Position numbers and translations under genes: made by a program
Shown here: one piece after another, positions 59,853-64,000 of the stretch
Numbering within the stretch: position 1 is the first letter of the stretch
How the letters are laid out: the number at the start of each line of letters is the position of its first letter
The notes under the pieces: generated by a model
Database searches by the model: none
Seen by the model: the letters and a program-made list of their open reading frames with translations, nothing else
What the model was told of the DNA's origin: nothing
DNA from: the human T2T-CHM13v2.0 reference genome, Homo sapiens
Assembly (NCBI RefSeq): GCF_009914755.1
Contig: NC_060937.1
Strand: one strand, 5' to 3'
Length of the DNA stretch: 64,000 nucleotides

Positions 59853-61242
59853 CAACCAATAAAACTAGAGCAGCAAACAGAAGACATTCAAGTGAAATAC
59901 TTTTTAAAAATGTATGTATGTGCATCCAGAATTAGTCGGTTTGATTTATCTTGTATGATACTAACTCTATTGCTGGTAAAGATTAATTTTATTATGGTGC
60001 TCCTGGCATGTTATTTTCTCAGTTCATTTCTCAGTATGACATTTCTTATTTTTCTCTGCTACAAAGCACCCACTATCATAATTTTCACCTGCTGAGTTTA
60101 TGTTACTGATGATAATATTAAAATTTAGAGGGTTTTTTGACCTTTCTAGTGGTAAATTAGGTCATAAAAATAGATGGGACACAATCTGATAAATGAGAAA
60201 GAGAAAGATTTGATTATTATTAAAGTAAAATCAAATTTTACAAGGTTTTCCTGGCATACTGTGAGATCTTAGTAAACATTGAATATCTTCCTTCTCTCAC
60301 ACCCCCAAATTGAATTCTCTCTATTCACCGCTGCCTTGCATATGCCACACATGAGAACTATTCCAAGAACCAAGCGTTCCTGATTGCTTCTGCATGGTGC
60401 ACTGGAGATCTTCTGATTATAAACCAAATAATACAAATAATAGTGGTGATAATAATACTAACAGCTTTTATTGAGTGCTTGGTAGATGGCAGGTGCTGGT
60501 CTCTTACTATCTCCATTTTATAGATTAAACACTGAGGCACAAGTATGCCTCGCTGTTTAATCTGTAAAATGGAGATAATAATAGTAAGTAGCTTCCTTAA
60601 GTTCACACACCTGGAAGTTAGTGGCATCATGACTGGGCCCCAGGCAGTGATACCCCAGGGCCTTTAGTCCATGCTGCCTTCTGTCTGAATGATCTCTCCG
60701 GAAACTATAGCTTCTCCACTTGGTTCAAGCCCTTGATCCCACCCCAAGTCTGTTCTTTACTGAGAAGCCTGCAGTCAGTCTTGAGTGAGTTCCCTTTTCA
60801 GTTGTGTGCCCTCTCTTCATTGGGCATGTGCTCCTGGAGGACAGTGACTGCTCTGTGATCCAATGTGCTCCCAACAGGCGGCATTGTGCCTGTCATGTGG
60901 ACTTGGATGGACCTTGTTAGGAGCGGCTAGTTATGGGTCCACTGACTTTTTTTGCATATTATCCAAATCAATGTGATTTCTTAAGAACCAGAGTCTCACA
61001 ATTACTAATGATGTATTTTCTTTTGGGGGCTGAATGGCAGCAAAATTCAACATTTGGATTAAATGAAGTATCTGTACACCTCAGTTCAGTATAATTTGAT
61101 TGAATTTATTGAGCCTCCTCCTCTTTTCATTTATTGAGTACCTACAATAAGGGTACATTTTGTGTTAAGACAACAAGATTCAAAGATGAATAATAGTGGT
61201 TCCTGCTATCAAAGAATGTAGGAGTCTATAGGGCAGCCAGCT

Positions 61243-61315
61243 ATGTAAAATGTATTAAAATACAGTATGATATAAGCCATATAAAATATATTAAATACAG
61301 TATGATATAAGCCAT
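61243..61315 (+). repeat. Two-copy tandem duplication, period about 35 bp
   Basis: aaatacagtatgatataagccat twice with a similar lead-in. Confidence 0.88.
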
Positions 61316-61389
61316 GACAAAGGAAGAGCCAGGGTGCTGGGGAAGCCCAGAGTGGCACCTAGCCTGTCCTGGGGTGGAGAGTTTGTGGA

Positions 61390-61562
61390 AAAGTATGGTC
61401 CACAGACTGGTAACACTGGCATTATCTGGGAGCTTACTAGAAATGCAAATTCTCAGGCCCCAGCTTGGACCTGCCCAGTGGAAAACTCTAGGGTAGGGCC
61501 CAGCAATCTGTGTTTTAAAAAGCTATCTTTGATTCGATTGCTTATTAAAGTTCGAGAAGCAT
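61390..61562 (+). mobile_element. MER5A (hAT-Charlie)
   Basis: ctgggagcttactagaaatgcaaattctcaggcccc...gggcccagcaatctgtgttttaa...aaagttcgagaa. Confidence 0.8.
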
Positions 61563-64000
61563 AGCCTCAGAGAACATAAGACTCACAGGCACAACAATTA
61601 GACAAGAAAACATATATCTAATTAAAACCTGTAAAATAAGAAAGTTGGATGATGTGATCTCTACCACCTCAGTTTTAACTGTCAGTCCACGAGACTTTTA
61701 TACACATCTTAAAGTTAACTGGAGTGATGTGTGTTTATCTTCAAGATCACCTGCAGATAATATGCAGAAGGAAGATTTGTACTTCTCACCTAACCACTCC
61801 AAACAGATTCATGAGCTGACTGAGGCTGCTGCACTTCCATCAATGCAATCATCAATCGATGAGTGTTACTAATGTATCTACCTGCATAGGCTCATTACTG
61901 TGTTAGGTTCTGCAAGGAATACATACAAATTCTCCACTTTAAGGAACATGATCTGAGTTGGGGAGATAAGCCTGTCAGAAGTGGGTTGTTCAAGATGGTT
62001 GGAATGATGATAAATTGTAGGAATCTAGAGAAGATGGTGATTGATTTGGACTGATCTTAGGGTAAGGACCTAAGAAATGGGAATTGAGGTAGGCTTAAAA
62101 ACAGGCAGAATTTGCATTGCAGACAAAAAGGGCGATAAGATAGATGGAGAAGCTGAGTTATCAATACAAAATCTAATTACTTAGAATTTTTAATGAATGG
62201 TGCACCAAGCTGAATTTGACCTGCTGACTCAAGCCATTTATTCAGGAAATCAGGCCAACATTTTTTCTGAATACCAGGCTGATGGTTATTCCATTTTCAC
62301 CAAGGGGACTAGTTTGAATACTGTCATATAAAATGGTCAGGAATGATATATATGCTTACAGCTGTGAGACTTATATGTTATGCATATATGTGTGTGTGAT
62401 TGTGCGCGTGTGTAGTGAGGGGACAGAGAATTATACTGACACAGGTACTGGGGCTTGATATAGATTGTAGTTGTATACTGTTCCCATAGTTTCAAGTCAT
62501 CTTCCTAAAAGTTGGCATGGAAAGAAATTGCCTTTGCAAATTAGATTCTGCAAGTCTCAAACATAAGTAGCTCACCAGCGTACACTGAACAGTCTGGAAA
62601 TTGTCCAGACAGAGAAAGCCACTCTGTAATCTCACAGAGAGGCTGATAGAACAATAGAAACGACGTGTTACTGAGCATCACGGCCACAAGTCTCCCCTGC
62701 AAGGACAGTTTCAAGCTGGGAAAGCTGAGACTTTGAGGTTTTTCTTGGAAAAAAAAATTAATAGATTTCTGCTCTATTAAGTGTTCCAAGCCTGGCGGAA
62801 TGTCTTCAGGGGAACCTAGAGTTTTCAGAGAATGGCCTCCATATACCTGGCAAGGTGCTGCTGCCCAGAGAGGGTGACAGGGAAAGACTTCCCTGGCTCT
62901 GATGTCTGCACAGCTTAGAAATGCACTCTTTCTTTTTATTTTCTTCTTCAGGAAACTCTTGCTGTCTTTCGATAAAAACATAATTTAAAACTGTAACAAA
63001 ACATGTGAATGTCTTTTCCTTTGGGCAACAGCTTTCCTTCCAAATTCAACTTTTGCTCTGCCTGAATTAGGAACACGTGGAGGAGATAAACATTGAGGTG
63101 CAGTTTGCTGAATTTCTGACTTTTGTGAGACCCTAGGTTAGATTTAAAGCCACCAGTGTGGGGTTCATAGTCTTGGAGGTTTGATTTAAATGCCCAGTTA
63201 TAGCTGGCTACAAACAGGATGTCAGGTCCCCCTGGGCATGGTGGCAGGTCAGTAAGGAGGGAAGGTGTAGCTGCATTTGGTGGCCATGAACTCACAACTG
63301 GGGATAGTTCTCACTGTTAGGCCCCAGCAAGGGAAGGGGGGATCTCCATCAGAGCTGGGAAGAGTTTTGAGGTTGGAAGGATTAAGACACACTCCAGTTT
63401 GTTGTGGGAAATTTAAACATATTTATTGCCAAGTCCAATCTTTGTTTCCCCCAGGAAGACCACCAAACATGTTACTTGTAGACTGACATTTGAGCTTTTT
63501 TGCTTCCAATTCAAGAGCCTTATTTTAGGATAAGCATTTCATTAAGTGTGGATATTTGTGCAACTGCAAACATACCTTTGATGCAAGCAGATTTCACAGC
63601 TAGAGTTGGCAGGAGAGCTGCATGATGGTGAAAACTGCTGCTCTGCCGCCTGCCAGGGTCAATTTAGAAGGGCTGACACGCAGGGCACCACGACACTTAG
63701 GCAGCTCTTCCTGTTCCAGTCTTTCCCGCCTTTCTTCCCTTTTTTCTTCATTCTATCTTTGTACCTACTTTTTTCCTTGTCATTTTCCTACATATTTCCT
63801 CAAAGAAATGCCACATCCCAGTGAGCTATGTGTCAATGAGATGGATGAGGTTGGAGATGAGCAGTGTGTGAAGAAATAGAGAATGACTGCCCTTTGCAGC
63901 ACTGCAGAACCATCCTGGGAGAGCTGGAGAGTACCAGGCAAGGAATCCTTGCCAAAGACCAATGTCAAAGATGGAGTCAGACCAGCACTGGCTGGTGCAT

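Overview
Primate (very probably human) genomic DNA, rich in Alu, L1, L2, MIR and LTR repeats. The only supportable gene is the 3' end of ENOX1 on the minus strand. It has three coding exons (47071-47173, 34494-34579, 24431-24562) with canonical AG/GT ends and matching phases, encoding ...EINVLTVALVNQDRENNIEKRSQGLKSEKEALLI-G-IISTFLHVHPFGANIEYLWSYMQQLDSK-ISANEIEMLLMRLPRMFKQEFTGVGATLEKRWKLCAFEGIKTT*. The 3'UTR runs down to about 23570. Positions 1-23500 are intergenic, and 47174-64000 is intron with no further exon found. None of the supplied ORFs is a real gene. I see no new multi-gene system. The best leads are: a non-transposon 150-bp inverted repeat fused to a direct duplication and interleaved with a young AluYa and (AT)32; recursive-splice and cryptic poison-exon motifs in the last ENOX1 intron; a winged-helix-like pattern in the ENOX1 C-terminus; and two convergent related ERV1 LTRs. 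Repeat subfamily calls are from memory of consensus sequences, and many repeat boundaries are approximate.
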